From Candidatus Omnitrophota bacterium (GTDB lineage: Bacteria; Omnitrophota; Gorgyraeia; Duberdicusellales; 4484-171): a stretch of DNA of 64,000 nt. The position numbers and the translations under genes are program-made. The notes below the pieces were generated by a model. It did not search any database. It had not been told where the DNA came from and was given only the letters and a program-made list of their open reading frames with translations. Where the stretch lies: assembly GCA_021735655.1 (NCBI GenBank), contig JAIPGM010000003.1:214836-278835 (forward strand), read 5' to 3'. Numbering within the stretch: the first letter of the stretch is position 1; every line of letters begins with the position of its first letter. Positions 10,104-20,648 of the stretch are shown here, one piece after another.

Positions 10104-10562
10104 ATGAAAGAAATAAGAGGCAGTTTCTCCGGTAAAGGAAAAAAAATCGCCATCATTGTTTCCCGATTTAACGAATTTATCAGTAATCAGTTGCTTGCCG
10201 GATGTGTTGACGCTTTAAAGAAGTCAGGCGTAGCCGATGGCAGTATTTCGGTTATTTGGACACCGGGAGCTTTTGAGATACCACAGGTATTGAGCAAGTT
10301 GGAAACAAAGAAGTTTGATGCGGTTATTGCTTTGGGGGCGGTAATTAGAGGTGAAACTCCCCATTTTGATTATATTGCTTCTGAAGTTTCTAAAGGAGTT
10401 GCTCGTTTTGCTCAAGATAAAAAAGTTCCAGTAGTCTTCGGAGTAATCACCGCTGATACAGTTGAGCAGGCAGTTGAGCGCTCTGGCACTAAGCAAGGCA
10501 ACAAAGGTCGCGATGCTGCCTTAAGTGCTCTAGAGATGGCAGACATTTATTTGCAAATTTAA
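10104..10562 (+). CDS. ribH: 6,7-dimethyl-8-ribityllumazine synthase
   Basis: ...KIAIIVSRFNEFISNQLLAGCVDAL... and ...ALGAVIRGETPHFDYIA... lumazine synthase signature; 152 aa. Confidence 0.9.
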   Translation: MKEIRGSFSGKGKKIAIIVSRFNEFISNQLLAGCVDALKKSGVADGSISVIWTPGAFEIPQVLSKLETKKFDAVIALGAVIRGETPHFDYIASEVSKGVARFAQDKKVPVVFGVITADTVEQAVERSGTKQGNKGRDAALSALEMADIYLQI

Positions 10563-10585
10563 TTTTCGATATTTGATTTTTTAAA

Positions 10586-11005
10586 ATGCGTTTACGAACA
10601 AAATCCCGGGAGATTGCCCTAAGTCTTCTCTACCAAATAGAGCTGTCAAAAATTTCCCCATCAGACGCCCTCAAGAATTATTCAGAACAATATCCCCAAA
10701 AACAAGAAGTTATTGATTTTTTTTCTTTGTTGGTTGAAGGTGTGCATAAAAATATGGACCAAATTAATTTTTTGATAAAAAAGTATGTTAAGAACTGGGA
10801 AATTAGCAGAATGGCAGTTATTGATCGTAATATTTTGCGTTTAGCTTGTTTTGAATTATTGTTTTTAGACGATATTCCACCCAAGGTAACCATCAACGAG
10901 GCAATTGAGCTTGCCAAGCGTTTCGGTGATTTAGATTCGCCGCGATTTGTTAATGGCATGGTAGATAAAATATATAAAGCCGAGGGCAAGAATGTTGATA
11001 AATAG
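10586..11005 (+). CDS. nusB: Transcription antitermination factor NusB
   Basis: 139 aa; ...DRNILRLACFELLF...INEAIELAKRFGDLDSPRFVNGMVDKI matches the NusB fold. Confidence 0.8.
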   Translation: MRLRTKSREIALSLLYQIELSKISPSDALKNYSEQYPQKQEVIDFFSLLVEGVHKNMDQINFLIKKYVKNWEISRMAVIDRNILRLACFELLFLDDIPPKVTINEAIELAKRFGDLDSPRFVNGMVDKIYKAEGKNVDK

Positions 11006-11840
11006 AGTTAGCAATGATCGCTGCGATTTACATATTCATTCTAAGTTTTCTGATAGTGACTTAGAAGTAGAGGATATTTTTAAGCAGGCTAAAGAAAAAG
11101 GCCTTCGTTGCATTGCTATAACTGATCATGATACATGCGAAGGCATTCCTGAAGCTCGAATTAATAGTAAGAAATATGACATTGAGCTGATTGAAGCTTT
11201 TGAGTTAAGCGCTCAACACAAAGATGTTGAGGTTCACATTCTAGGCTATTTTGTTGATTCTGATAACTTAGAGTTTCGTAAAGAGTTGGATGAGGTTAAA
11301 ATATCGCGGCGTAATCGACTCATTGAAATGACTGAGGTTTTAGCTTCCTTAGGCTTAAAGGTAGACCCAAAAGAGTTAATGTCAATGGTTGGCGATATAG
11401 TACCAACTCGTTTGCATCTAGCATTATATCTTTTGAATAAAGGAATAGTTTCATCTTTGTATGAAGCTTTTCGAAAATATCTTTCGCCGGGCAAGCCAGC
11501 TTATCGGGCTCGCTTTAAGCATTCGGTAGCTGATGCAGTTAATCTAATTAAAAAGCATCAAGGACTTTCCTTCTTGGCTCATCCGCATATAATAACTAGG
11601 CAGGATTGGGTTGAAGAGTTTCTTTCTTTAGGCATAGACGGCTTAGAGGTGGCTTATTCGAGCATGTCTCCGGCTAAAAAATTGATGTACGGTAATTTGG
11701 TAAAGAAGCTTGGTCTTCTTAGGAGCGGTGGTTCTGACGCCCATGGCAGTTATAAGCAGTTTACCAAAATTGGCAAAATAACTATTCCTTATCAGTGGGT
11801 TGAAGAAATGAAGGCCCGTCGAGAAGCTTTAAAAACTTAA
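10992..11840 (+). CDS. PHP-domain metal-dependent phosphoesterase
   Basis: N-terminal CDLHIHSKFSDS and ITDHD motifs of the PHP (polymerase/histidinol phosphatase) superfamily; 282 aa. Confidence 0.7.
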   Translation: MLINRVSNDRCDLHIHSKFSDSDLEVEDIFKQAKEKGLRCIAITDHDTCEGIPEARINSKKYDIELIEAFELSAQHKDVEVHILGYFVDSDNLEFRKELDEVKISRRNRLIEMTEVLASLGLKVDPKELMSMVGDIVPTRLHLALYLLNKGIVSSLYEAFRKYLSPGKPAYRARFKHSVADAVNLIKKHQGLSFLAHPHIITRQDWVEEFLSLGIDGLEVAYSSMSPAKKLMYGNLVKKLGLLRSGGSDAHGSYKQFTKIGKITIPYQWVEEMKARREALKT

Positions 11841-11849
11841 AAAGATTCG

Positions 11850-12929
11850 ATGTTAGACAGCTACTACATGGAGCGTGCGCTTTTGTTGGCTAAGCAGGGA
11901 GAAGGTTTTACTTCGCCTAATCCTTTGGTCGGGGCAGTTATTGTTAAGAAGGATAAGATAGTATCTCAAGGTTATCATAAAAAATCCGGCTTGGCCCATG
12001 CTGAAATCGAAGCAATAAATAAGATTAGTCTTTCGTCCTGCCGAGGGGCAACTCTTTATGTTAATTTAGAGCCTTGTTCTCATTTTGGAAAAACTCCGCC
12101 TTGTGTTGATAGGATAATTAAAATGAAGTTTAGGAGAGTAGTTATCGCGACTAAGGATCCTACCCAAAAGGTTAATGGTAAGTCGATAAGAAAATTAAAA
12201 AAAGCCGGGGTTAAGACTTCGGTTGGGTTATTGAAGAGTCAAGCTTCTAAACTCAATGAGGTATTTTTTAAAAACAGTATAAAATCGATGCCTTTTGTGG
12301 TTGCAAAGGTTGCTCAGAGCCTGGACGGAAAAATTGCAACTAGAAAAGGTATTTCTAAATGGATTACCGGTCAAGATTCACGCAAAATGTCTAAAGCTTT
12401 GCGGGATAAATACGATTCGGTTTTAGTCGGAGTTAATACGGTTTTGAAAGATAATCCTGTGTTAGCCGGATTAAAGAGGGTGCCATTTAGGGTGGTTATC
12501 GACCCTAGTTTAAAGATTAACCCGAAAGCCCACATTTTAAAACATAACCCAACTAAAACTATTATTATTACTGCTTCAGGCGATAAAGTTAAGTTGAAAA
12601 AACTTCCTGGCCTGGTAACGGTTTTAACTATTAAGAGAGATAAAGCTGGGTTAATTCCAATTAAAAAGATTCTGAAATCACTATATAGCTTAGGGATAAT
12701 GTCAGTTTTTGTTGAGGGCGGTTCAAGAACGATCGGTAACTTTTTTGATCATAAGTTAATTGATAAGGTATTTTTCTTTATTGCACCTAAGATAATTGGC
12801 GGTAAGGACGCACTCAGCTCAATTGGCGCTAAAGGTTTTGCTGCGCTTAAAGACGCCCCAGGCTTAAAAGATGTAAGGATAGAAAGGGTTAAGCAAGATA
12901 TAATAATTTCAGGATATCCGAAATATTAG
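11850..12929 (+). CDS. ribD: Riboflavin biosynthesis protein RibD (pyrimidine deaminase / reductase)
   Basis: CMP/dCMP-type deaminase zinc motif HAEIEAI...PCSHFGKTPPC followed by a RibD C-terminal reductase domain; 359 aa. Confidence 0.85.
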   Translation: MLDSYYMERALLLAKQGEGFTSPNPLVGAVIVKKDKIVSQGYHKKSGLAHAEIEAINKISLSSCRGATLYVNLEPCSHFGKTPPCVDRIIKMKFRRVVIATKDPTQKVNGKSIRKLKKAGVKTSVGLLKSQASKLNEVFFKNSIKSMPFVVAKVAQSLDGKIATRKGISKWITGQDSRKMSKALRDKYDSVLVGVNTVLKDNPVLAGLKRVPFRVVIDPSLKINPKAHILKHNPTKTIIITASGDKVKLKKLPGLVTVLTIKRDKAGLIPIKKILKSLYSLGIMSVFVEGGSRTIGNFFDHKLIDKVFFFIAPKIIGGKDALSSIGAKGFAALKDAPGLKDVRIERVKQDIIISGYPKY

Positions 12930-13508
12930 ATGAAGAGTAAAGCCTTTCATGGTTTAATTATTAGCCGGCGCTCAACCAGACTTTTTAAGCAAAAGAAGGT
13001 TTCGCTTAAGATACTTAAGCAAGCAGTTAATGCCGGACGCTTGGCTCCTTCTGCGGCAAACCTGCAGTATTTAGAATATCTGGTTGTAACTGGCTCTAGA
13101 AATTTAGAAAAAGTGTTTCCGCATACTCGTTGGGCCGGATATTTGCATCCAAAAAGAATTCCACCTCAAGGTAAGCGACCAACCTGTTATATTTTTATCT
13201 TGGTTAATAAATTAAAGTCAAAGCAACCTGATTCCCGAGACGTGGGCGCAGCAGTTGAAAACATTATTCTGTCTCTTCTTGCCGAGGGTATTGCTAGTTG
13301 TTGGATTGCTGCTCTTGATAGAGTGGCTTTGAGAAAAGCGTTAAAAATCCCTTTAAAATTTAAGATAGACTCTCTAGTTGCCTGTGGCTATCCGGCAGAA
13401 TACCCTAAATTGGAAACGGATGCAAAAAAAGTAAAATATTGGTTAGATAAAAAAGGTCGTCTGCACGTTCCTAAACGCCCCCTTAAAGATATTATCTATT
13501 TTAATTAA
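12930..13508 (+). CDS. Nitroreductase-family protein
   Basis: ...RRSTRLFKQKKV... N-terminal motif and nitroreductase fold length (192 aa). Confidence 0.65.
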   Translation: MKSKAFHGLIISRRSTRLFKQKKVSLKILKQAVNAGRLAPSAANLQYLEYLVVTGSRNLEKVFPHTRWAGYLHPKRIPPQGKRPTCYIFILVNKLKSKQPDSRDVGAAVENIILSLLAEGIASCWIAALDRVALRKALKIPLKFKIDSLVACGYPAEYPKLETDAKKVKYWLDKKGRLHVPKRPLKDIIYFN

Positions 13509-13513
13509 ATTTT

Positions 13514-14191
13514 ATGAAAGAGTTTGATCAACTTTTGAAAACAGTGCGAATTTTGCGTTCACCTAAAGGGTGTCCTTGGGATAGAGCTCAAAAAGTTAAA
13601 GATATGAAAGGCTATCTTTTAGAGGAGGTCTATGAACTTATTGACGGCATCGATCGAAATCAGGCTAAGACTGTTGAAGAAGAGTTAGGGGATATTTTTC
13701 TAATTTTGATTGTAATCACCGAGATGTTTCGTTACGATAACAATAAGTTTGATCTTAAGAAAGTATTTAAGAAAATTAATAATAAATTAATTTCTCGCCA
13801 TCCTCATGTTTTTAGCAGCAAGAGGCTAAATACGAAAGAGGAGGTCTTGGATCATTGGGTCAAGGCTAAGGCTAAGAAAAAAAAGCGAAAATCGATAAAA
13901 GACCGGTTGCCTCAAGCTGCGCCTTCTTTACTTTTAGCTAATATTTTTTTAAAAGAGTGTACTTATTTAACTGGAAAGAAGTTAAATAAAAATCAGTTTC
14001 TAAAATTACATCTTAAGTTAAAAGATAAGGTCAAGGCTTTGAAAGGCAATAAGGCTTCAAAAGATCTATTAAGCGATATTATTATTGATGTATCTAAAAT
14101 TGCCTTTAGCCGTGGTATCAATTTGGAAACTCAGACCAGAAAGGTGATTTTGAGAGAAGCGAAGAAGACCCTTTATGATAATGGCGGCTGA
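13514..14191 (+). CDS. mazG: MazG-family nucleoside triphosphate pyrophosphohydrolase
   Basis: ...CPWDRAQ...EEVYELIDGI...EELGDIFL... EExxE/D motifs of MazG; 225 aa. Confidence 0.75.
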   Translation: MKEFDQLLKTVRILRSPKGCPWDRAQKVKDMKGYLLEEVYELIDGIDRNQAKTVEEELGDIFLILIVITEMFRYDNNKFDLKKVFKKINNKLISRHPHVFSSKRLNTKEEVLDHWVKAKAKKKKRKSIKDRLPQAAPSLLLANIFLKECTYLTGKKLNKNQFLKLHLKLKDKVKALKGNKASKDLLSDIIIDVSKIAFSRGINLETQTRKVILREAKKTLYDNGG

Positions 14192-14266
14192 TTTTTATGT
14201 TATATGAAAATAAAATGAAAAAAATAAGAATTTAAGTTTTTTTGTTTTTTGCTATAATGATTTTCT

Positions 14267-14617
14267 ATGGAAAATAAAAGACGCATTCTAAGGTTAAATG
14301 TTGGTGATTTTGTAGAGATTCGTCCACTTTCTGAGGTTGGCAAGGTCCATAAGGGCAAGGCTAAAGATATATCACCTATGGGGATATGCTTTTCTAGTGA
14401 TACCGAGTGGAAGACAGGGCAAGTCTTGCTTATTGATTATTTTATCCCTGAAGAGCTTGATTCAATCCAGCTTAAATTAGTGGTAGCTTGGTCAGAGTTT
14501 ATCGATCCGGAAAGCGGGTATTTTTGCGGTGGAGAGTTAATAGACGTTGAACCCTCAAAAGAAACAACATTCGCCACGTATTATTTTAAGAGATTGCAAG
14601 ATCGGCCTTCTAGATAG
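14267..14617 (+). CDS. PilZ-domain protein (putative c-di-GMP receptor)
   Basis: RRILR (RxxxR) and DISPMGICF (DxSxxG) motifs in a 116-aa protein. Confidence 0.5.
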   Translation: MENKRRILRLNVGDFVEIRPLSEVGKVHKGKAKDISPMGICFSSDTEWKTGQVLLIDYFIPEELDSIQLKLVVAWSEFIDPESGYFCGGELIDVEPSKETTFATYYFKRLQDRPSR

Positions 14618-14656
14618 CTTTGATCAAACTTTCTTGTCTAAATAAATTCTAAATTA

Positions 14657-17600
14657 ATGAATTCGAAAAAGGATCTAGGCCTCGATAAATTCCCTCAGGT
14701 CGTAGTAGTTGAAGCCTCTGCCGGATCAGGCAAAACCTTTGCTTTAGCCAAAAGGTATCTCGAACTTATCGCTAGCCCTAAGCTTATTAAAGAGCCTCTA
14801 TCATTACGCTCGATTTTAGCTATTACTTTTACCAATAAAGCAACTATTGAGATGAAGGAACGAATTCTTGATCTGCTTAAAAAAATAGCCCTAGATGGTT
14901 TTTTGAGTCAAGCCGAAAGAGAAGATATTCTAAACTTGTTAGGCTTAGATCAGGAAAAGGCTAAGCTGATCGCTCATGATATTGTTGATAGGATAGTTCG
15001 CCATTATAATTTTTTTCAAGTTAAAACTATTGATAGTTTTATCAATGCCCTTCTTTTAGGTTGCGCTTTAAACATTGACCGTTCAAGCTCCTTTAAGATT
15101 AAGCGTGATTACCGACATCATTTGGCCTTTTGTCTTGATTTAGTTATTGACCAAGCTTCAAGTAATCGAGTAATCTTAAAGCTTCTTGAGGAGTTTTTAG
15201 ATCACTATTTATTTGTTGAAAACCGAAAAGGTTGGTTTCCCAAGGAGGATATTCTAAGTTTAATGCATTCTTTGTTCACTTTAAGTAATAAGTTTGGTGG
15301 TCTTTTTCAGGTCTACAAGGGCAAAGGTTTGGATGTAATTAAAATGAAACGACATATTTATCAAAAGATTGTCGAGCTTTCACTTACCTTGCCGGAAGGC
15401 ATCAATGCTAATGCGTTTAGGTCTATCGTTGGTTTTGTTGATAAGTCAGAAAATATATTTGATATCGCTGACATTCCCCAAAGTTTAACTAAGTCTAATC
15501 CACTGATGAATAAGGAAAAAGTCGCTCCGGAAGACTTTATTAAAAGGTGGAGGAGTATCCATGGGCAGTTAGTTGAGCTCATCGAGCTTGACGCGACGGT
15601 TGCTTACAATCCTTACGTAGCTCTTTTTCATAAGCTATTAGAGTTTTTTCAGGTTATATCTAAAAAAGAAGACGTATTATTTTTAGAAGAGCTTAATCAT
15701 AAGGCGCGTTTACTTTTTGATCAGGAGGGCTTAACTGTCGCCGAAGCTTATTATCGTTTAGCTACTAGATTCAGACACTACCTGATTGATGAATTTCAGG
15801 ATACCAGTATTTTGCAGTGGCGTAATCTAGAGCCGATGATTGATGAGGCTTTGTCAACTGGTGGTTCTTTATTTTATGTTGGGGATAAAAAGCAGGCTAT
15901 CTATCGTTTTCGTGGTGGCGAGTCCGGTCTTTTTGATGAAATTAAAGGTAAATTTTCACGATATAATGTTATCCCGACTCAACTTACCAACAATTGGCGC
16001 AGCCAAAAAGCAATCATTGATTTTAACAACAGGATATTTTCAAAGGATAACTTAGCTAAGGCTTTAGAGCTTTCTGGAATAAATGAGGCACTTTCTGGTG
16101 ATTCCGGTGGTTGTAGCGAAATTGCAGATGTGTTTAAAGATGCCTTTCAGAAAGGTAGGGACAAAAATTGCATGGGTTATGTGTCTGTTGAGCATTTGGA
16201 TGAGAAGAATCAATCCGAGCGAAATGAAATTATGCAGCCTAAGATTATAGGCTTACTTAAGAGCTTAAGCGAGCGTTTCCGCTATGAAGATATTGCAATA
16301 CTTACCCGCAACAACTCTGAAGTAGAGCTAATAAGTTCTTGGTTACTTTCAGAAAAGATTCCAGTTGAGTCGGAAAAAACTCTTAACGTCATTGAGAATT
16401 CTTTAATCAAGGAAGTTATCTGTCTTTTAAAATTTCTGAATTCTCCGATTGACGATTTGAGTTTTGTCGGTTTTATTCTTGGAGAAATATTTATTAAAGC
16501 TAGTGGGGTATCCCGAGAGCAAATCAGCCAGTTTATTTTTGAGCTTCATTCTAAGCGGAAGGGAAGTGGAGGTATTTCTTTTTATCGTAAGTTTGCCAAG
16601 CAGTATCCGAAAATTTGGAAGCAGTACTTTGAAGATTTTTTTCAGAGTGTTGGGTTTATTTCAGTTTATGAGTTGCTTTCGAGTATTTATAATCGTTTTA
16701 GCCTGTTTGCTAATTTTTCTAAGCAGCAGGCTTTTTTTATGAAGTTTTTTGAGTTAGTTAAACAGAGAGAAGATGAATACGTTGGGATTGGGGAGTTTTT
16801 AGATTATTTAGAGAGTGCAGCTTCCGAAGATCTATATGTTACTATCACCCATAGCGATTCGGTTAAAGTTCTTACTGTTCATAAGTCCAAGGGGTTGGAA
16901 TTCCCGGTAGTGATTATTCCTTTTTTTAGGATCGAGATAAGCCCAGAAACCGGCGCTAAAGGAACGAATTCTTATGTTTTGCCTGGCAATGAGAATCAAG
17001 ATTTAGGTTTAGTGAGAATTACAAAAACTCACCGTCTTTTTTCTAAGAAATTAAATAAGATTTATGCTCAAAATTACAAGAAGGCCTGTATTGATGAGTT
17101 GAATAATATCTATGTAGCCTTAACTCGGCCTAAACATGAGTTATATATTTTTATTCCTAATAAGAGTGGCCCAAGCTCTAATAAGGCTTCGTTTTTTATT
17201 CCTAAGGATTTAACTAAGCTTGGCGTCCAGAAGGAATATTCGGATTTAAAAAAAGATATCACTCAGCCAATGATCGAGACTCAGGGCCAGGATTATCGAA
17301 ATTGGATAGATGTTCTTGGTGAAAAAAAGACTCCTAAGTCAGAAGTTATTAATCGGGAGAAAATATTGGAAGGAAAAGTAATCCACGCTTTGCTTGCCCA
17401 AATTAAAAATTACTCAGTTAGAGACAAAAGCTTAGCGGTTGATGAGGCTATTGCTATTGTCAAAAGAGATTATCCTAATATCGATAACTTTGCTCAATAT
17501 AAGAATAAACTTATTAAATTGGTGGAAGATGAAAGATTTAAAGATATATTTTATTCTGGCGAAGCTAAGGTTTATTGTGAAAAAGAAGTGGTTAACAAGT

Positions 17601-17809
17601 ATGGTGATTTAAAAAGAGTTGATCGGTTGATCATTGGTGAAAAAGATATCACCATCATTGACTATAAGAGCACAAGCAGCCAAATGGATAAAGACAGAGA
17701 GCAGGTTAAGGAATATTTAGAGATATTTTCCGGTATCTATTCTAAAAAGAAACTTAAAGGGTTTATCGTGTATTTAGACGATTTTTCTTTAGAAGAAGTA
17801 AAATTTTAA
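14657..17809 (+). CDS. addA: AddA-type ATP-dependent helicase/nuclease (UvrD-like helicase plus C-terminal PD-(D/E)xK nuclease)
   Basis: Walker A EASAGSGKTFAL; helicase motifs DEFQDTS, VGDKKQAIYRFRGG, NWRSQ, TVHKSKGLEFPVVII, ALTRPKHELYIF; C-terminal nuclease motif DRLIIGEKDITIIDYKS; 1050 aa. Confidence 0.8.
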   Translation: MNSKKDLGLDKFPQVVVVEASAGSGKTFALAKRYLELIASPKLIKEPLSLRSILAITFTNKATIEMKERILDLLKKIALDGFLSQAEREDILNLLGLDQEKAKLIAHDIVDRIVRHYNFFQVKTIDSFINALLLGCALNIDRSSSFKIKRDYRHHLAFCLDLVIDQASSNRVILKLLEEFLDHYLFVENRKGWFPKEDILSLMHSLFTLSNKFGGLFQVYKGKGLDVIKMKRHIYQKIVELSLTLPEGINANAFRSIVGFVDKSENIFDIADIPQSLTKSNPLMNKEKVAPEDFIKRWRSIHGQLVELIELDATVAYNPYVALFHKLLEFFQVISKKEDVLFLEELNHKARLLFDQEGLTVAEAYYRLATRFRHYLIDEFQDTSILQWRNLEPMIDEALSTGGSLFYVGDKKQAIYRFRGGESGLFDEIKGKFSRYNVIPTQLTNNWRSQKAIIDFNNRIFSKDNLAKALELSGINEALSGDSGGCSEIADVFKDAFQKGRDKNCMGYVSVEHLDEKNQSERNEIMQPKIIGLLKSLSERFRYEDIAILTRNNSEVELISSWLLSEKIPVESEKTLNVIENSLIKEVICLLKFLNSPIDDLSFVGFILGEIFIKASGVSREQISQFIFELHSKRKGSGGISFYRKFAKQYPKIWKQYFEDFFQSVGFISVYELLSSIYNRFSLFANFSKQQAFFMKFFELVKQREDEYVGIGEFLDYLESAASEDLYVTITHSDSVKVLTVHKSKGLEFPVVIIPFFRIEISPETGAKGTNSYVLPGNENQDLGLVRITKTHRLFSKKLNKIYAQNYKKACIDELNNIYVALTRPKHELYIFIPNKSGPSSNKASFFIPKDLTKLGVQKEYSDLKKDITQPMIETQGQDYRNWIDVLGEKKTPKSEVINREKILEGKVIHALLAQIKNYSVRDKSLAVDEAIAIVKRDYPNIDNFAQYKNKLIKLVEDERFKDIFYSGEAKVYCEKEVVNKYGDLKRVDRLIIGEKDITIIDYKSTSSQMDKDREQVKEYLEIFSGIYSKKKLKGFIVYLDDFSLEEVKF

Positions 17810-17822
17810 TTTAATAATAGTT

Positions 17823-20636
17823 ATGGAAAAAGTCGTAAGTTTAAATTTAAGTGATAATTTTATTGAAAGACTAGCCGATTTTATCCTTGATAATTTCAAG
17901 GATACCACTGATTTTAGCAATATTGCTTGTGTTTTTGGCGGCAAGCGGCCAAGTTTATTTTTGCGGCGGGCTCTTAGCGAGAAAATAAAAAAGCCTTTTT
18001 ATCCACCGACTATTTTTACGATTGATGAGTTTGTGGAATATTCTTTGGGTGCATCAGCTAAGAGGCCGATCGGTGATCTTGAGGCGGCTTATTGTGTTTA
18101 CAATATTGTTGCTAAGTATTCACCGAGCTTACTTAAGAAAAGAAAGGGTTTCGCTGAATTTTTACCTTGGGCTAGAGAGATTAATTCTTTTATCGAACAA
18201 CTTGATTTGGAAAATATTTCTAATCAGAAGCTTAAAGGGATAGCTAGCAGCGCTGAGATTGGATATGATGTGCCAGCTAGCATCAATAAGCTTCTTGAAA
18301 ACATCGCCCAAATACGTTATAGCTATCATAAAATTTTAGATGAGAATAAGTTTTATTCACGGGGAGGCATGTATTTAGAGGCATCTCTTCAGATAAAAAA
18401 GAAGCAATTAGAAGAGTTTAAAGCAGTAGTATTTTGTAACTTTTTTTATCTGCACAGTACTGAAATGGAAATTATGAAGGAAGTTAAGGCTAGCGGCAAG
18501 GGTTTTTTTATTTTTCAAGGTTCAAGCCGTGAGTGGTCGGTATTAAATAAAACTGCAACTGAACTCGAAGTGACTATCGAGCCGAATTCTAAAGAGGTAA
18601 GCCGTCCGAATTTAAATTTTTATCAGGGTTTTGATATGCATTCAGAAGTAGTTCTTGCTCATCATGCGTTTAAGAAAGTTAAGAACAAAGAAAATACAGT
18701 AATTGTTTTACCTAAAACTGAGACTTTGATTCCTTTACTTACTGAGGTCGCTCCTTCAATTGGTGCATGTAATGTTTCGATGGGGTATCCTCTGAAGCGT
18801 AGCTCGCTGTTTGTTTTGCTCCATCTTCTACGAAAAGTCCAAGAAAGTAAAAAAGACTCAAAAGTATACACCCGAGATTACCTAAATTTAATTAGGCACC
18901 CGTTAGTTAAAAATTTGAAGATTTCTAGCGATCCAGTAATAACTCGGATTATTGTACATAAGTTAGAGGAGTTGTTGCAGGGTAGTGAAACTAGTACAAT
19001 TGGTGGTAGTTTATTTTTATCTCTTTCAGATATAGAACATGAGGCAAAAATTTATTCCTTGGCTGTCCAGACGCTTAAAAGTATCAATATTAACGTTGAG
19101 GAGGCCGAATGTAGACGGGTGTTGCTTAAGCTTCATCAGTTATTTTTTTCAATTTGGAAAGAGAATGGTACTTTTTTTGATTTTGCTGATAATTTTAAAA
19201 AGGTTTTAGGATTCCTTGTTGAAAATAGTGCGCTGGATAAATTTTCTTTAAACCTAAAGGTTATTGAAAAACTTCAAAATTTAATTGATGAGTTTAAAAG
19301 TCTGTCATTTAAAGATCAAATATTTTCTAGCAGCCAGATTTGGGAGATTTTTGAGCAAAAGCTTGAATATGAAAAGATATCATTTATTGGCTCTCCGTTA
19401 AAGGGAACCCAGGTGTTAGGCCTTTTTGAGACACGTTCTTTAAGTTTTGAAAATGTTATTGTTCTTGATCTTAATGAAGGGGTCTTACCTAAATTGAAGA
19501 TTTATGAGCCTTTAATCCCGCGTGAAGTTATGCTTAATTTAGGTTTAAGTCGTCTCGAAAAGGAAGAAGAAATTCAAAGATATCAGTTTAGTTCGCTGAT
19601 TGCTTCGGCCAAGGTTGCTGATTTGATATATGAAAAAAGTCAGGAAAAAGAAAAGAGTCGGTTTGTTGAAGAAATATTTTGGAGAATTCAAAAAGAAAAA
19701 GGAAATCTTTCGGCGGCAACCGTTTCCGGTGTTTCATTTTCTATTGCTACTAGCTTAAAACAGACTGTGATTAAGAAAACAGTTCCGGTAATTGAATTTT
19801 TAAAAAAGGAGAAATATTCTGCTAGTCGGCTCAATACTTACCTTAGCTGTCCGTTAAAGTTTTACTATCAATATGTTTTGGGCTTAAAAGAGCAGGAAGA
19901 TGTGCTTGATGAGCCGCAGAGCTCTCACATTGGAACTTTTATTCATGAGCTTCTTGAGGAAACCTTTAAGAAGTTTAAGGGCCGCCAACCGTTGATTAAT
20001 CAAAGCTTCAGAGATTACTTTTTTAAGAAGATGGATGTTAAGTTTGAAAATGAACTTGCGCCGCGCATGAAATCTGATTCTTTTTTACTTGCGCGAATAA
20101 TTAAAAACCGCCTTGAGCGATTTCTTGACAATGAAAAGGAGCGTTCGGTTAAAAAGATTATTTGCTTAGAGGAGAGGCGGGTTGGGCGGTTGAGTTTAGA
20201 TAACTACTCTTTAGAATTTAACTACACGGTAGATAGGATCGACCAGCTAGGAGATGATAGCCTGGTAATCATTGATTATAAGACTGGCGGAGCAGATTTT
20301 TCACCTAAGAAACTTAAAGTTCTTCAAAAGATGGAGATGAGTCGAGATTCGATAAAAGAGTGCATAAGATCATTTCAGCTTCCGCTTTATTATTATTTTA
20401 CTTTACAGGAATTTCCTAATAAAAGTATTAATGCTCAAATTTATAATTTGCGTAGTTTAGAGCGCAAAAGTTTTATTGCTGAAAGTGACTACTCACAGCG
20501 AGAGAGGGTATTAGAAATTTGCTTAAGGGCTTTAGCTACAGTATTCGATGAGCTGTTTGACTCTAAGATTGACTTTTTGCCTGAGAAGGAGGAAAGGAAA
20601 TGTTCCTTTTGTCCTTTTAGATGGTTTTGCGTCTAG
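17823..20636 (+). CDS. addB: AddB-type helicase-nuclease subunit with C-terminal Fe-S/nuclease domain
   Basis: 937 aa; C-terminal PD-(D/E)xK motif LVIIDYKTGG and cysteine set CPLKFYY...CSFCPFRWFC (four Cys as in the AddB Fe-S staple); immediately downstream of addA. Confidence 0.75.
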   Translation: MEKVVSLNLSDNFIERLADFILDNFKDTTDFSNIACVFGGKRPSLFLRRALSEKIKKPFYPPTIFTIDEFVEYSLGASAKRPIGDLEAAYCVYNIVAKYSPSLLKKRKGFAEFLPWAREINSFIEQLDLENISNQKLKGIASSAEIGYDVPASINKLLENIAQIRYSYHKILDENKFYSRGGMYLEASLQIKKKQLEEFKAVVFCNFFYLHSTEMEIMKEVKASGKGFFIFQGSSREWSVLNKTATELEVTIEPNSKEVSRPNLNFYQGFDMHSEVVLAHHAFKKVKNKENTVIVLPKTETLIPLLTEVAPSIGACNVSMGYPLKRSSLFVLLHLLRKVQESKKDSKVYTRDYLNLIRHPLVKNLKISSDPVITRIIVHKLEELLQGSETSTIGGSLFLSLSDIEHEAKIYSLAVQTLKSININVEEAECRRVLLKLHQLFFSIWKENGTFFDFADNFKKVLGFLVENSALDKFSLNLKVIEKLQNLIDEFKSLSFKDQIFSSSQIWEIFEQKLEYEKISFIGSPLKGTQVLGLFETRSLSFENVIVLDLNEGVLPKLKIYEPLIPREVMLNLGLSRLEKEEEIQRYQFSSLIASAKVADLIYEKSQEKEKSRFVEEIFWRIQKEKGNLSAATVSGVSFSIATSLKQTVIKKTVPVIEFLKKEKYSASRLNTYLSCPLKFYYQYVLGLKEQEDVLDEPQSSHIGTFIHELLEETFKKFKGRQPLINQSFRDYFFKKMDVKFENELAPRMKSDSFLLARIIKNRLERFLDNEKERSVKKIICLEERRVGRLSLDNYSLEFNYTVDRIDQLGDDSLVIIDYKTGGADFSPKKLKVLQKMEMSRDSIKECIRSFQLPLYYYFTLQEFPNKSINAQIYNLRSLERKSFIAESDYSQRERVLEICLRALATVFDELFDSKIDFLPEKEERKCSFCPFRWFCV

Positions 20637-20648
20637 GGCGAGGGGGGA

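Noticed and set aside
16464-16742. 92-aa hydrophobic ORF within addA, alternate frame
   Set aside because: Frame-shadow ORF produced by T-rich codons of addA; no independent signals.
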